The notes under the pieces are model-generated. The model was not told the DNA's origin and ran no database searches. It saw nothing but the letters and a program-made list of their open reading frames with translations. A stretch of 64,000 nt of DNA from Fidelibacterota bacterium (GTDB lineage Bacteria > Fidelibacterota > Marinisomatia > Marinisomatales > Marinisomataceae), in NCBI GenBank assembly GCA_028140795.1, contig JAOIOW010000002.1, positions 5,988 through 69,987 on the forward strand. Direction: 5' to 3'. The translations under genes and the position numbers were made by a program. Of the stretch, positions 20,523 through 29,861 are shown piece by piece. The first letter of the stretch is position 1. Each line of letters starts with the position of its first letter.

Positions 20523-20527
20523 GTTTT

Positions 20528-20902
20528 ATGTTGAGAATTGTAATAATATTATTTTTTAGTTCAACAATATTTTCTCAAGTACAAACAGAAAGTTGGCTTG
20601 ATTATGTTATTGAAGAAAACAAAGAAGAAATATCTGAAACCTCTTCAATGAATGTTGATAATGAATTTTACTATACAATCCAAATTGCTGTTAAAAAAAC
20701 TTTTGATGAAGCAATGGAGGTTGTTCAGGCATTAAATGCTTCAGATATTGATGCTTTCATTCAAAAAAATGATGCTAATTCAGAATATAAATATCGAGTT
20801 AGATATGGAAATTTTTCCACCAGAGATGATGCTGTTAAATTAGCTGAAAATATTAAAGTTGAGCTTGGATATAATTGCTGGATTGACAAAACTGAATTAT
20901 AA
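20528..20902 (+). CDS. Secreted SPOR-domain protein (septal peptidoglycan binding)
   Basis: 124 aa with a signal peptide (MLRIVIILFFSSTIFSQ). The C-terminal ~75 aa, YYTIQIAVKK...YRVRYGNFSTRDDAVKLAENIK, match the SPOR repeat pattern. Confidence 0.65.
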   Translation: MLRIVIILFFSSTIFSQVQTESWLDYVIEENKEEISETSSMNVDNEFYYTIQIAVKKTFDEAMEVVQALNASDIDAFIQKNDANSEYKYRVRYGNFSTRDDAVKLAENIKVELGYNCWIDKTEL

Positions 20903-20909
20903 AAAATAT

Positions 20910-20938
20910 TTCACAAGAAAGATTAATTTGTTTATATT
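20910..20938 (+). promoter_or_regulatory. Sigma70-like promoter candidate upstream of rpmF (TTCACA-N17-TATATT)
   Basis: Read directly: TTCACA at 20910-20915 and TATATT at 20933-20938, followed by an AAGGA Shine-Dalgarno sequence before the ATG at 20960. Could be chance in AT-rich DNA. Confidence 0.3.
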
Positions 20939-20959
20939 GCCACCTGGTTAAGGAATAAA

Positions 20960-21136
20960 ATGTTACCAAAAAAAAGACAGTCAAAAACACGTTCTAAAAA
21001 GAGAAGGACTCATTATAAGTCCACTCTTGTTCATACAGTAAAATGTAAGAATACAGGAGTAGAACATCTACCTCATCATGCATACTATCATGATGGCATT
21101 CTTTATTATAAAGGAAAACCTGTAGATCAGAACTAA
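20960..21136 (+). CDS. rpmF: 50S ribosomal protein L32
   Basis: Not in the ORF track because it is 58 aa. My translation is MLPKKRQSKTRSKKRRTHYKSTLVHTVKCKNTGVEHLPHHAYYHDGILYYKGKPVDQN, with the L32 N-terminal signature PKxRxSKxRxxxRR. It sits at the canonical position ahead of the fab genes and has a TAATG overlap with fabD. Confidence 0.85.
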   Translation: MLPKKRQSKTRSKKRRTHYKSTLVHTVKCKNTGVEHLPHHAYYHDGILYYKGKPVDQN

Positions 21137-22020
21137 TGAAGAATTGTTTCATTTTTTCAGGGCAAGGTTCTCACCGACCTGGAATGAGCTCAAATCTTTA
21201 TAATACATTCCAACTTGCAAAAGATAGAATTGAATTATCTAATAATATTTTAGGATACGATATATCAGAAATTATGTTTTCTGCTGAAGAAAATGTATTA
21301 AGACAAACACAATACGCTCAACCAGCTATTTTTATACACTCCACAATAATTTTTGATCTTATCAAAGACCAAAAAGAATGTGTTGCTGTAGCAGGACATA
21401 GCTTGGGGGAATTCAGTGCATTATATGCAAATAATTTCTTTGATTTTGAAACCGGGTTACAGATTGTAGATGTTCGCGCTAAAGCAATGCATGAATGTGA
21501 ATTAAATAATCCAGGAAAAATGAGTGCTGTTATTGGAGCATCAATTGATAAAATACAAACTATTTGTGATTCAGTGGATTGTCAAATTGCAAATATCAAC
21601 TCTGACTCACAAATCGTTATTTCTGGAAGTGAAGAATCAATTGATTTGGCATCGGAAAGTCTAAAAACTATTGGTGCAAAAGTAATACCATTAAGTGTTA
21701 GCGGAGCATTTCATTCCAAACTAATGTCTGAAGCAAAAAATAAGCTAACTGATATAATAAATATTTCAAGGTTTAATGAAGTATCTTACCCCATTGTTTC
21801 AAATTTTAATGCAAGACCAAATAGAAGTATTGAAGAAATTAAACATGCTCTAATTGAACAAATAGATAATCCAGTTCAATGGTCAAAAAGTATTCAATTA
21901 CTAGGCGAATTATCAAACGAATTTGTAGAAATTGGTCCAAAAAAAGTTTTAAGTAATATTATCAAAAAAATTGATGATTCATTAACAATTACAACCTATA
22001 ATAGTATTGAAAACTTGTAA
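21136..22020 (+). CDS. fabD: Malonyl CoA-ACP transacylase
   Basis: 294 aa with FSGQGSH and the active-site GHSLGEFSA. Confidence 0.9.
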   Translation: MKNCFIFSGQGSHRPGMSSNLYNTFQLAKDRIELSNNILGYDISEIMFSAEENVLRQTQYAQPAIFIHSTIIFDLIKDQKECVAVAGHSLGEFSALYANNFFDFETGLQIVDVRAKAMHECELNNPGKMSAVIGASIDKIQTICDSVDCQIANINSDSQIVISGSEESIDLASESLKTIGAKVIPLSVSGAFHSKLMSEAKNKLTDIINISRFNEVSYPIVSNFNARPNRSIEEIKHALIEQIDNPVQWSKSIQLLGELSNEFVEIGPKKVLSNIIKKIDDSLTITTYNSIENL

Positions 22021-22029
22021 AATTGTTTT

Positions 22030-22761
22030 ATGCTTAACTTTTCAACAAAAACAGCAATTGTAACTGGAGGATCAAGAGGGATTGGGAAAGAAATTTCTCT
22101 TATTCTTGCTCAAAATAATTTTAATGTTGTAGCAGTTGCAACGAGTGAAAAATCTTTAGATTCAGTCAGAGACATAAAAAATATTCACCCTTTTTGTTGT
22201 GATATCTCTGATGAAAAATCAATTGAAGAACTATATGAATTCGTTATTTCAAAATTTGGTCATGCAGATGTTCTTGTTAATAATGCCGGTATTCATATGG
22301 ATAATATTCTACTAAGAATGAAATCTGAAGAATGGAATCAAGTAATGAATGTTAATCTTAATGGTCCTTTTCATTTAACCAAAACAGTCTTAAAAGATAT
22401 GGTAAAGAACAAGAATGGAAGAATTATTAATATTTCTTCTATTTCAGGAACAGACGGTAATAAAGGACAAGGAAATTATGCTGCATCAAAAGGTGGACTG
22501 TTGGCATTAACAAAATCACTAGCAAAAGAAGTTGGTCGCAGAAACATTACAGTAAATTGTATTGCACCAGGATTAATTGAAACTGATATGACTTCTCATC
22601 TTTCTGATACTGTGAAACAGGGATATTTAGATAGAATTCCTTTGAAAAAACTTGGAAAACCAAAAGATATTGGACAAATGATTTTATTTTTATGTTCCGA
22701 TGAAGCCAGTTATATTACAGGGCAAACATTTTATATTGACGGTGGAATGTCATTAAATTAA
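22030..22761 (+). CDS. fabG: 3-oxoacyl-ACP reductase
   Basis: 243 aa SDR protein with [12 protein letters not shown] and the YAASK catalytic motif. fab operon context. Confidence 0.9.
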   Translation: MLNFSTKTAIVTGGSRGIGKEISLILAQNNFNVVAVATSEKSLDSVRDIKNIHPFCCDISDEKSIEELYEFVISKFGHADVLVNNAGIHMDNILLRMKSEEWNQVMNVNLNGPFHLTKTVLKDMVKNKNGRIINISSISGTDGNKGQGNYAASKGGLLALTKSLAKEVGRRNITVNCIAPGLIETDMTSHLSDTVKQGYLDRIPLKKLGKPKDIGQMILFLCSDEASYITGQTFYIDGGMSLN

Positions 22762-22777
22762 TAAGGAGATATTAATT

Positions 22778-23011
22778 ATGTCATTAAATGAAAAAGTAAC
22801 AAATATTATCGTAGACAAACTTAGTGTTGAAGAATCAAGAGTTGTGCCTGAGGCAAGTTTTCTTGATGATCTAGGAGCAGACTCATTAGATACTGTAGAA
22901 CTTATTATGGAGTTTGAAGAAGAGTTTGATTTAGAAATTCCTGATGAGGATGCAGAAAAAATTACAACTGTAGGTGCTGCGCTAGAATACATCAACAACC
23001 ACGCAAAATAA
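22778..23011 (+). CDS. acpP: Acyl carrier protein
   Basis: 77 aa with the phosphopantetheine site [19 protein letters not shown]. Strong TAAGGAGA Shine-Dalgarno sequence. Confidence 0.95.
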   Translation: MSLNEKVTNIIVDKLSVEESRVVPEASFLDDLGADSLDTVELIMEFEEEFDLEIPDEDAEKITTVGAALEYINNHAK

Positions 23012-23013
23012 TT

Positions 23014-24240
23014 TTGAAAAAAAGAGTAGTTATCACGGGAGAAGGATCTATTTCTCCGCTAGGCCATAATTCTCAATCTTTATGGAAAAACTTAGTTAAA
23101 GGAAAATCTGGTATTGATTACATCTCAAGCTTTGATACTGAAAACTTTTCAATAAAAATTGCTGGAGAAGTTAAAGATTTTGACCCGAATAATTTCTTTG
23201 AAGCTAAGGAGGCTCGTAAGCTTGACAGGTTTACAATGTTTGGTTTAATAGCAGCTGAACAAGCACTTCAAAATTCTAATTATAAATCCTCCGATGCTGG
23301 AGTTATTGTTGGTACAGGTGTTGGAGGCATGCATACACTTGAAGAAGAACATCAAAAACTAATTAAAAAAGGTCAACGTGGCGTATCACCATTTTATGTT
23401 CCAAAAATGATTCCAAACATCGCTGGAGGACAAATTGCTATCAAACATAATTTACATGGTTTAAACTTTTCAATGTCTACTGCCTGTTCTTCTGCTACAG
23501 ATGCAATTGGGATGGCATACAGATTAATATCCAATGGATACTCCAAAGCTATTCTTTGTGGCGGAGCTGAAGGAAGTATTACCCCTCTTACTCTTTCAGG
23601 ATTTGCTAATATGAAAGCCTTATCAAAAAATAATGAAAATCCTCAAGGTGCTTCAAAACCTTTCGATAAGGATAGAGACGGATTTATTTTATCAGAAGGT
23701 GCTGGAATGTTAATGCTAGAAGATTATGATGAAGCAAAGAAACGTGATGCGAATATCATTGGAGAAATTATTGGTTATGGAATCACGAATGATGCCTTTC
23801 ATATCACTCAACCTGATAATGAAAGTACTGGCGCATCAAACGCAATAACTATGGCATTAAATGATGCTGAAATTGATACATCTGAAGTGGGATATATTAA
23901 TGCTCACGGTACATCAACATATTTTAACGATATGCTGGAAACTCAAGCCCTTAAAAAGGTTTTTGGCAAGGATGCTAAAAATGTATCTATAAGCTCAACA
24001 AAGTCTATGACAGGCCATCTGCTAGGAGCTGCTGGAGCCATTGAAGCTATTACATGTATAAATACTCTAAATAATGGTATTATTCCACCAACCATCAATT
24101 ACATCAATCCCGACCCTGAATGCGACCTAGACTATACTCCAAATGAAGCATTTAAAAAGGATATAAATATCTCAATGAGTAATTCATTTGGATTTGGTGG
24201 ACATAACTCAGTTGTAATTTTTAAGAAATTTTCTTCTTAA
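23014..24240 (+). CDS. fabF: 3-oxoacyl-ACP synthase II
   Basis: 408 aa with a TTG start. Active-site Cys in STACSSAT, and the His motifs HITQP/HGTST and GHLLGAAG. Confidence 0.9.
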   Translation: MKKRVVITGEGSISPLGHNSQSLWKNLVKGKSGIDYISSFDTENFSIKIAGEVKDFDPNNFFEAKEARKLDRFTMFGLIAAEQALQNSNYKSSDAGVIVGTGVGGMHTLEEEHQKLIKKGQRGVSPFYVPKMIPNIAGGQIAIKHNLHGLNFSMSTACSSATDAIGMAYRLISNGYSKAILCGGAEGSITPLTLSGFANMKALSKNNENPQGASKPFDKDRDGFILSEGAGMLMLEDYDEAKKRDANIIGEIIGYGITNDAFHITQPDNESTGASNAITMALNDAEIDTSEVGYINAHGTSTYFNDMLETQALKKVFGKDAKNVSISSTKSMTGHLLGAAGAIEAITCINTLNNGIIPPTINYINPDPECDLDYTPNEAFKKDINISMSNSFGFGGHNSVVIFKKFSS

Positions 24241-25177
24241 GTAAATCAATTGATTTTACAGCATCAATATCAACATCATTTAGAATACCACACCAATAAC
24301 TAAGCCAATCGATGTAATTTATTAAAAAAAATAACGATGTTAGATTTTTGGGCACCTTATCGGGTACTGATAAATGAGCGACATGAGAGACTTTATTTGA
24401 TAAAATTTCATTTGTGATTTTCATTCTCTCAAGATTTTTTGGCCAGCCTATATGAATCCAAATCATAGAAAAAGATTTTTTATCAATATGATTATTTTCC
24501 CAACCTATAATCTCATTATGATTCATTTCAGGGATAGTAATATTATATGATAACATCTTACTATTTTCATTTAGTTGAGATTTCAAACGAAATCCAATTG
24601 ATGAAAGGTCCTCTTCCGTAACAATTATTGGCATAGTCTTATGAATTTTTTTTGCTAAAGCATATACTTCAGACTTTTTAGTAGATGATTCTTCTGCGAA
24701 TGATTCAAGACACTCAAAATCTATATTAGAAACTCCTTCCTTATCAAAAAGAGATATAAGAAATGTTAATGAAAATCCTAAAGCTGATCTAGGTGGATAT
24801 CCTTTAGGTAATAAATGAAATTTAATATTATCGGACTTTGCTTTTTTAAGCAACTCTCCTCCAGTTGTAACCACCAGTGCATGATCAGTTAATCTTACAG
24901 CGTAATCGTAATAGGATAAAGTTTCTTCCGTATTGCCTGAATAAGAGCATATAATGACTAAGGTGTATTCATCTATTGGAGTATTTGGAAAATAATTTCT
25001 TTCAACAACTATTTCCATTTCGGGAAATAAATCTTTTAAAATTAATCCAGCAATAGCAGAACCCCCCATACCGGCAATTACTACTTTACCTACCTCCTCA
25101 AGATTTAAATTATCTTCTTTAATATTTTTAAAAGAGTCCTGAATATGTTTTGGAAAGTTTTTAATATGCTCAATCAT
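24221..25177 (-). CDS. SIS-domain bifunctional phosphoglucose/phosphomannose isomerase-like protein
   Basis: 318 aa with the SIS motifs GMGGSAIAG and CSYSGNTEET. The length fits the PGI/PMI family. Its 3' end overlaps the fabF 3' end by 20 nt. Confidence 0.6.
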   Translation of the reverse strand: MIEHIKNFPKHIQDSFKNIKEDNLNLEEVGKVVIAGMGGSAIAGLILKDLFPEMEIVVERNYFPNTPIDEYTLVIICSYSGNTEETLSYYDYAVRLTDHALVVTTGGELLKKAKSDNIKFHLLPKGYPPRSALGFSLTFLISLFDKEGVSNIDFECLESFAEESSTKKSEVYALAKKIHKTMPIIVTEEDLSSIGFRLKSQLNENSKMLSYNITIPEMNHNEIIGWENNHIDKKSFSMIWIHIGWPKNLERMKITNEILSNKVSHVAHLSVPDKVPKNLTSLFFLINYIDWLSYWCGILNDVDIDAVKSIDLLKKKIS

Positions 25178-26130
25178 TTTTTTCTCTTAATAATATAACT
25201 AATTAACTCATTTAAACCACCTTGTATCTCATCAGGAAGTTCATTAATTATATCATTACATTGACTAATGTAATCTGCTAAAAGCTTATCAGATTCTTTT
25301 TTGAGGTTATTTTTTATAAAAAAACTATAAATTGATTTTTTCTTGCTGGAAATATTTTCATGATTAGTTGATTCAGTTAGCTTTTTCCATTCGCTTAAGT
25401 TTTTTTCCATAGCAAAGCATGTTAAAATTGTTTTCTTATTTCTTTCTATGTCTGAAAGAGTACCCTTGCCCATATTGTCGCTATCTGTTTCAAGCTCAAG
25501 AATGTCATCCTGAATTTGAAAAATTATTCCTAAATTTCTTCCAAGTCTTTTTAAGTCATTAACATTTTCTTCATATTTATCGCTAATAAGAGAAGCAATT
25601 TCAAAACAAAGCTCAAATAATGAACCAGTTTTTTTTGAACTCATTAATAAATAATCAGATACACTTACAAAGTCCTTGTTTTCAAACTCCATGTCATAAG
25701 CTTGTCCTTCACATATTTCTAAAATGACTTCATTATATCTAATTAAAATAGCTAAAGTATTTTTTTCAATTTTTCCAATGAATAATGGTCCAAGTGCTCC
25801 TAACCCATCTCCAGAGAGAACAGCATGAGCATTATCCCATTTTTTGTGAATAGTGGCTACATTATGCCTTAAATCGTCTTCATCCATAATATCATCGTGA
25901 ACAAGAGTAAAATTGTGAAGAAGTTCAACACCAAGTGCTCCATTTATAGAATCTTTTTTAGAATTTTTAAAAAGTTCTCCAAGAAATAATACGATAATTG
26001 GTCTTAAACGTTTTCCTGGAGATTTTACAAAGTATTTTATTGGATCATAGAGATAAGATGGACCTTCTAAATCTTGAATCTTCGAAAATTCATTTAGAAA
26101 ATCATTTTTTAAATCATTTAGTTTATCCAT
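25174..26130 (-). CDS. Polyprenyl diphosphate synthase (trans-isoprenyl, FPP/GGPP-type)
   Basis: 318 aa with a first aspartate-rich motif LVHDDIMDEDDLRH and a second motif FQIQDDILE. Confidence 0.85.
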   Translation of the reverse strand: MDKLNDLKNDFLNEFSKIQDLEGPSYLYDPIKYFVKSPGKRLRPIIVLFLGELFKNSKKDSINGALGVELLHNFTLVHDDIMDEDDLRHNVATIHKKWDNAHAVLSGDGLGALGPLFIGKIEKNTLAILIRYNEVILEICEGQAYDMEFENKDFVSVSDYLLMSSKKTGSLFELCFEIASLISDKYEENVNDLKRLGRNLGIIFQIQDDILELETDSDNMGKGTLSDIERNKKTILTCFAMEKNLSEWKKLTESTNHENISSKKKSIYSFFIKNNLKKESDKLLADYISQCNDIINELPDEIQGGLNELISYIIKRKK

Positions 26131-26866
26131 TACTATCTAATTCTTCTAAAATCCTTTGAGTATCTTTAAATCCATCTTCAGCTGAAGGTGCTCCAGCTTG
26201 AAAAACAAGACAATTTTCTTGATTATGCATAATCTTTGCTAATGGATAATCATTACCACCTTCCATAGTTCTATCACCAATAAAAATATATTTTTCATTT
26301 GAGAAAAACTTTTTCACCTCACCTAATACTTGAGATTTATTCATACCTTTTGGAGTAATATCAATGGATATTTGACCGCCAATTACTGCATCAAGACTAT
26401 CCCATTTTGTCATTATCTCTTCAGCAATATTATTTCTTTCATTTGATTCACAATCATATTCAAAATAGTGTAATCTTTGTTCTAATGAGCAATCTCTACC
26501 TACAACGCTGAAATTGAGCATGGAACCTCTATCTTCAATATGATTACCTGCTCTTACGGGGTATGGACTATCCTTTAGTTTTTCTTCAAGAAAATGAATT
26601 AAATCATTTTCTGGCTTAAATTCATGATTATAAGAAAGCTCCCCATTAAGCCAAAGCTGATTTCCTCCGCAAGTAAAAACTCCTTCGGATAAATTTAATA
26701 TATATTCAGGAACCTGCTCTTTAATTTTTTCGAGATTGCTTCCACTTACTAAGAAAAAAGTATGATTTTTAGCCCAATTGCTATAAAATTCTTCAAAATC
26801 TTTTGTCATTTCCCTTCTTGATGGAGTTAGAGTTCCATCCATATCAAAAATAAAAATATTTTTCAT
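26123..26866 (-). CDS. Eukaryote-type phosphomannomutase (HAD superfamily, PMM family)
   Basis: 247 aa. It aligns by eye with human PMM2 over its whole length: FDMDGTLTPSRREMTKDF vs FDVDGTLTAPRQKITKEM, RGSMLNFSVVGRDCSLEQR vs RNGMLNVSPIGRSCSQEER, IGGQISIDITPKGMNK vs IGGQISFDVFPDGWDK, and FIGDRTMEGGNDYPL vs FFGDKTMPGGNDHEI. Confidence 0.8.
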   Translation of the reverse strand: MKNIFIFDMDGTLTPSRREMTKDFEEFYSNWAKNHTFFLVSGSNLEKIKEQVPEYILNLSEGVFTCGGNQLWLNGELSYNHEFKPENDLIHFLEEKLKDSPYPVRAGNHIEDRGSMLNFSVVGRDCSLEQRLHYFEYDCESNERNNIAEEIMTKWDSLDAVIGGQISIDITPKGMNKSQVLGEVKKFFSNEKYIFIGDRTMEGGNDYPLAKIMHNQENCLVFQAGAPSAEDGFKDTQRILEELDSNG

Positions 26867-28233
26867 TAATTCTCCTTTATTGAAGCAAAGTATTTATTTG
26901 CTTCTTTTTTTATGTTAGGTGCTAAATATAATGCAGAAATCATAGTTGGAAAAGCCATTAAAGCAAACATTGCATCAACAATATTGACTGCTAAATCTAG
27001 TGATAAAACAGAGCCTAAGACTAATGTTAAAACATAAAATATTCTATAGTAAAACTTCGAATTAGCACCAAAAAGATATGATGCACATTTGCAGCCATAA
27101 TAAGAATATCCAAACATTGTAGATAAAGTAAATGTTGCTACAGAAAAAATAAGAATATAGTCACCAGCTAAACCAAGATAATTCGAGAAAGATTTTTGAG
27201 TCAAAGAAACTCCAGAGTATGTTCCCTCTATCCATTCACTTGAAAGCAGAATAACTAATCCAGTAATTGTGCAAACTATAATTGTATCAATTAGCGGTCC
27301 AATCATTGCAACTAGACCAGATTTGATTGGCTGATTATTTTTAGATGCTCCGATAGCCATAACCTCTGTTCCCATTCCAGCCTCATTTGAAAATGCAGCT
27401 CTTCTAAAACCTTGACTAATAACTATTGCAGTTCCAGCAAAACCGCCAGCAACTGAGCTTCCATTAAATGCGCTTGTAAAAATATTTGAAAAAATAGTAG
27501 GGATTGAAGAAGCGTTTGATAAAACAATAAATAAACCAGATAATAAATAAACCATTACCATGAATGGTACTATTTTTGATGCAACTTCAGCTATTCTGCT
27601 CAAACCACCGAAAATTACAGAGGAAACTAGTATAGCGATAATTATACCAATGATTAAATTTAAATTAAATGATTGTTCAATATCGAATGATTTTACTACA
27701 TAATCTGACATTATTTGAGTCAATTGATTAGCTTGAAGTAATGACAAACATCCCACTAATCCAGCAATGCTAAACCAATAAGATAGAAATTTAAAATTTT
27801 TTCCCATTCCTTGTTCAATAACATACATTGGTCCTCCCTGTAAAACATTATCTGAGTCATAACCTCTGTACATTATACCTAAGGAGCATGTAAAGAATTT
27901 TGTTGCCATTCCAACAATAGCACTAATCCACATCCAAAATAATGCTCCAGGACCTCCCAATGATATAGCTACAGCTACTCCTGCTATGTTTCCAATACCA
28001 ACAGTGCTTGATAGTGCTGTTGAAAGAGCTTGAAAGTGTGAAATTTGGCCTTCATCATCTGGATCATCATGTTTACCAAGTAAAATCTCAAATGCATGTT
28101 TAAAATATCTAAATGGAGTTAGCTTTGAATAAATTAGGAAGAAAACTCCTCCTCCAATAACTAAATTTGCTACTCCAAAATTTCCCCATAAGAAATTTGA
28201 TAACTCTGCAAAAAAATTATTAATTATATCCAT
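26866..28233 (-). CDS. Sodium:alanine (amino acid) symporter, AGCS family
   Basis: 455 aa polytopic protein with LGGPGALFWMW and FSNEAGMGTE motifs, characteristic of the alanine/glycine:cation symporter family. Confidence 0.8.
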   Translation of the reverse strand: MDIINNFFAELSNFLWGNFGVANLVIGGGVFFLIYSKLTPFRYFKHAFEILLGKHDDPDDEGQISHFQALSTALSSTVGIGNIAGVAVAISLGGPGALFWMWISAIVGMATKFFTCSLGIMYRGYDSDNVLQGGPMYVIEQGMGKNFKFLSYWFSIAGLVGCLSLLQANQLTQIMSDYVVKSFDIEQSFNLNLIIGIIIAILVSSVIFGGLSRIAEVASKIVPFMVMVYLLSGLFIVLSNASSIPTIFSNIFTSAFNGSSVAGGFAGTAIVISQGFRRAAFSNEAGMGTEVMAIGASKNNQPIKSGLVAMIGPLIDTIIVCTITGLVILLSSEWIEGTYSGVSLTQKSFSNYLGLAGDYILIFSVATFTLSTMFGYSYYGCKCASYLFGANSKFYYRIFYVLTLVLGSVLSLDLAVNIVDAMFALMAFPTMISALYLAPNIKKEANKYFASIKEN

Positions 28234-28254
28234 GATTAAGTAAGTTACAATATA

Positions 28255-29349
28255 ATGAAAAAAATTGACTTATATATTCTCAGAGAATTTTTAATAACTT
28301 TTATTATAGTTTCTATCTTTTTTACTTTGATTTCATTGATTGTGGATGTCTTTGAAAATTTAAACCGTTTTATTGATAATGAAGTCTCAGCAAATATTTT
28401 GTTCGACTATTATAAGGCATCGCTTCCATCAATGGTCAGTGTAACTATTCCTGTATCATGTCTTGTTTCTTCTGTATTTACATATGGAATGATGATTCAG
28501 AGAAAAGAATGGCTAGTATTTAAGTCTTCAGGACTAAGTCTATACAGACTTTCTACACCAGTACTTTTACTTGGATTGCTATTGAGCATTGGATCTTTTT
28601 ATTTCGATAACTCGATAGTAATAGATAATAACAAGACTAAGAATGAAATAAAAAGTACATATATGTCAAAAAATAAAAGTAGAGCAAAAAATAAAAGTGT
28701 ATTTGAAAATGTTTATTTTCAAAAGAACCAAAAAGACTTAATAGCATTAGAGAGGTTTAATAGTAATAACAATGTTGCTGTAAATTTGAATTTTCTCGAA
28801 TTAGAAGATGGAATGCTATTAAAAAGAATTGATTCGAAAAAAGCAATTTGGAATACTGAATTAAATCAATGGAATCTAAAGGATTTTTCAATAAGAGATT
28901 TTGATAGGGATGGTTTAGAAAAAAATGTAATTATCTCAAAAAATGACTCATTAATTACTTTAAACTTTTCACCAAGTGATATAATAAATACCGCAAGTTC
29001 ATCAGAAGAAGTATCATATTCAGAATTAAAAAATCAAATACAATCTTTGAAGAATAATGGTGTAAATACTCTTAAATGGGAAGTTGATCTAAATTATAAA
29101 ATTGCATATTCCTTTATCTCAATTATAGTAATATTTTGTGGAATTCCTCTTTCAGTTTATCGTTCAAATACTACTTTAGCTTTTGGCGGAGGATTAAGCT
29201 TGGCCACAATTTTTTCATACGTAATTCTTTTAAAATTTGGTCAATCTCTAGCTTATGGAGGCGTACTCTCACCATTTTTTGGAGCTTGGATGTCTAACTT
29301 CGTATTTATTAGTATAGGAATTTATCTTATGCTTAACGCTAGAAAATAA
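28255..29349 (+). CDS. LptF/LptG-family LPS export permease
   Basis: 364 aa with YjgP/YjgQ architecture: three TM helices, a ~150-aa periplasmic insert, then three TM helices. N-terminus IDLYILREFL. Confidence 0.75.
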   Translation: MKKIDLYILREFLITFIIVSIFFTLISLIVDVFENLNRFIDNEVSANILFDYYKASLPSMVSVTIPVSCLVSSVFTYGMMIQRKEWLVFKSSGLSLYRLSTPVLLLGLLLSIGSFYFDNSIVIDNNKTKNEIKSTYMSKNKSRAKNKSVFENVYFQKNQKDLIALERFNSNNNVAVNLNFLELEDGMLLKRIDSKKAIWNTELNQWNLKDFSIRDFDRDGLEKNVIISKNDSLITLNFSPSDIINTASSSEEVSYSELKNQIQSLKNNGVNTLKWEVDLNYKIAYSFISIIVIFCGIPLSVYRSNTTLAFGGGLSLATIFSYVILLKFGQSLAYGGVLSPFFGAWMSNFVFISIGIYLMLNARK

Positions 29350-29351
29350 AA

Positions 29352-29834
29352 TTATTTTTTTGATTCAATTTTATCAATTGAAGTTACGGTAAACTTTACA
29401 TCTTCCCCTCTGATTTCAAGTGTAAAGTCTTCTCCAACTTTTTTACCAGCAACTGACCTTCCAAAAGGAGAATGATAAGTAACAATAAATGGATATAAAT
29501 CTAACTCCTCTTCAATTGGACCTAAAATATAGTAGTCTTCTGGCTTATCTTTACCTTCCTCGTGAATAGAAACTTTATTTCCAAATCCAGCTTGATCAGT
29601 ATTAATATCGCTATGTTCAATTATTCTAAAAGGAGCATGAGATTGCATAAGTTGAATTTTATAAACTATTAAGCTTTGTTTTTCTCTGGCTGCATGGTAT
29701 TCAGCATTTTCTTTTAAATCACCATGATCAGCTGCTTCGCTAATTTTTTCAGAAGTTTCTCTTTTAAGCTTTTCAAGTGACTTAATTTCTTCTTCTAAAG
29801 CGATGTGTGTTTCTCTTAAAATTAAAGTTGCCAT
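29352..29834 (-). CDS. greA: Transcription elongation factor GreA
   Basis: 160 aa with an N-terminal coiled coil carrying GDLKENAEYHAAREKQ and a C-terminal FKBP-like domain. Confidence 0.9.
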   Translation of the reverse strand: MATLILRETHIALEEEIKSLEKLKRETSEKISEAADHGDLKENAEYHAAREKQSLIVYKIQLMQSHAPFRIIEHSDINTDQAGFGNKVSIHEEGKDKPEDYYILGPIEEELDLYPFIVTYHSPFGRSVAGKKVGEDFTLEIRGEDVKFTVTSIDKIESKK

Positions 29835-29861
29835 TTTAGTTTCTTTTTTAAAATAAAAATC

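Noticed and set aside
22753-22998. 81-aa minus-strand ORF (serine-rich) lying exactly antisense to acpP.
   Set aside because: It is low-complexity and fully overlaps a highly conserved, strongly Shine-Dalgarno-preceded gene on the other strand, with no start context. This is a typical antisense shadow ORF.
28668-28698. A 13-nt direct repeat, AAAAAATAAAAGT, present twice with a 5-nt spacer.
   Set aside because: It lies inside the lptF/G coding sequence and encodes KNKSRAKNKS in the variable periplasmic insert. This is a low-complexity A-rich duplication, not a regulatory or mobile repeat.
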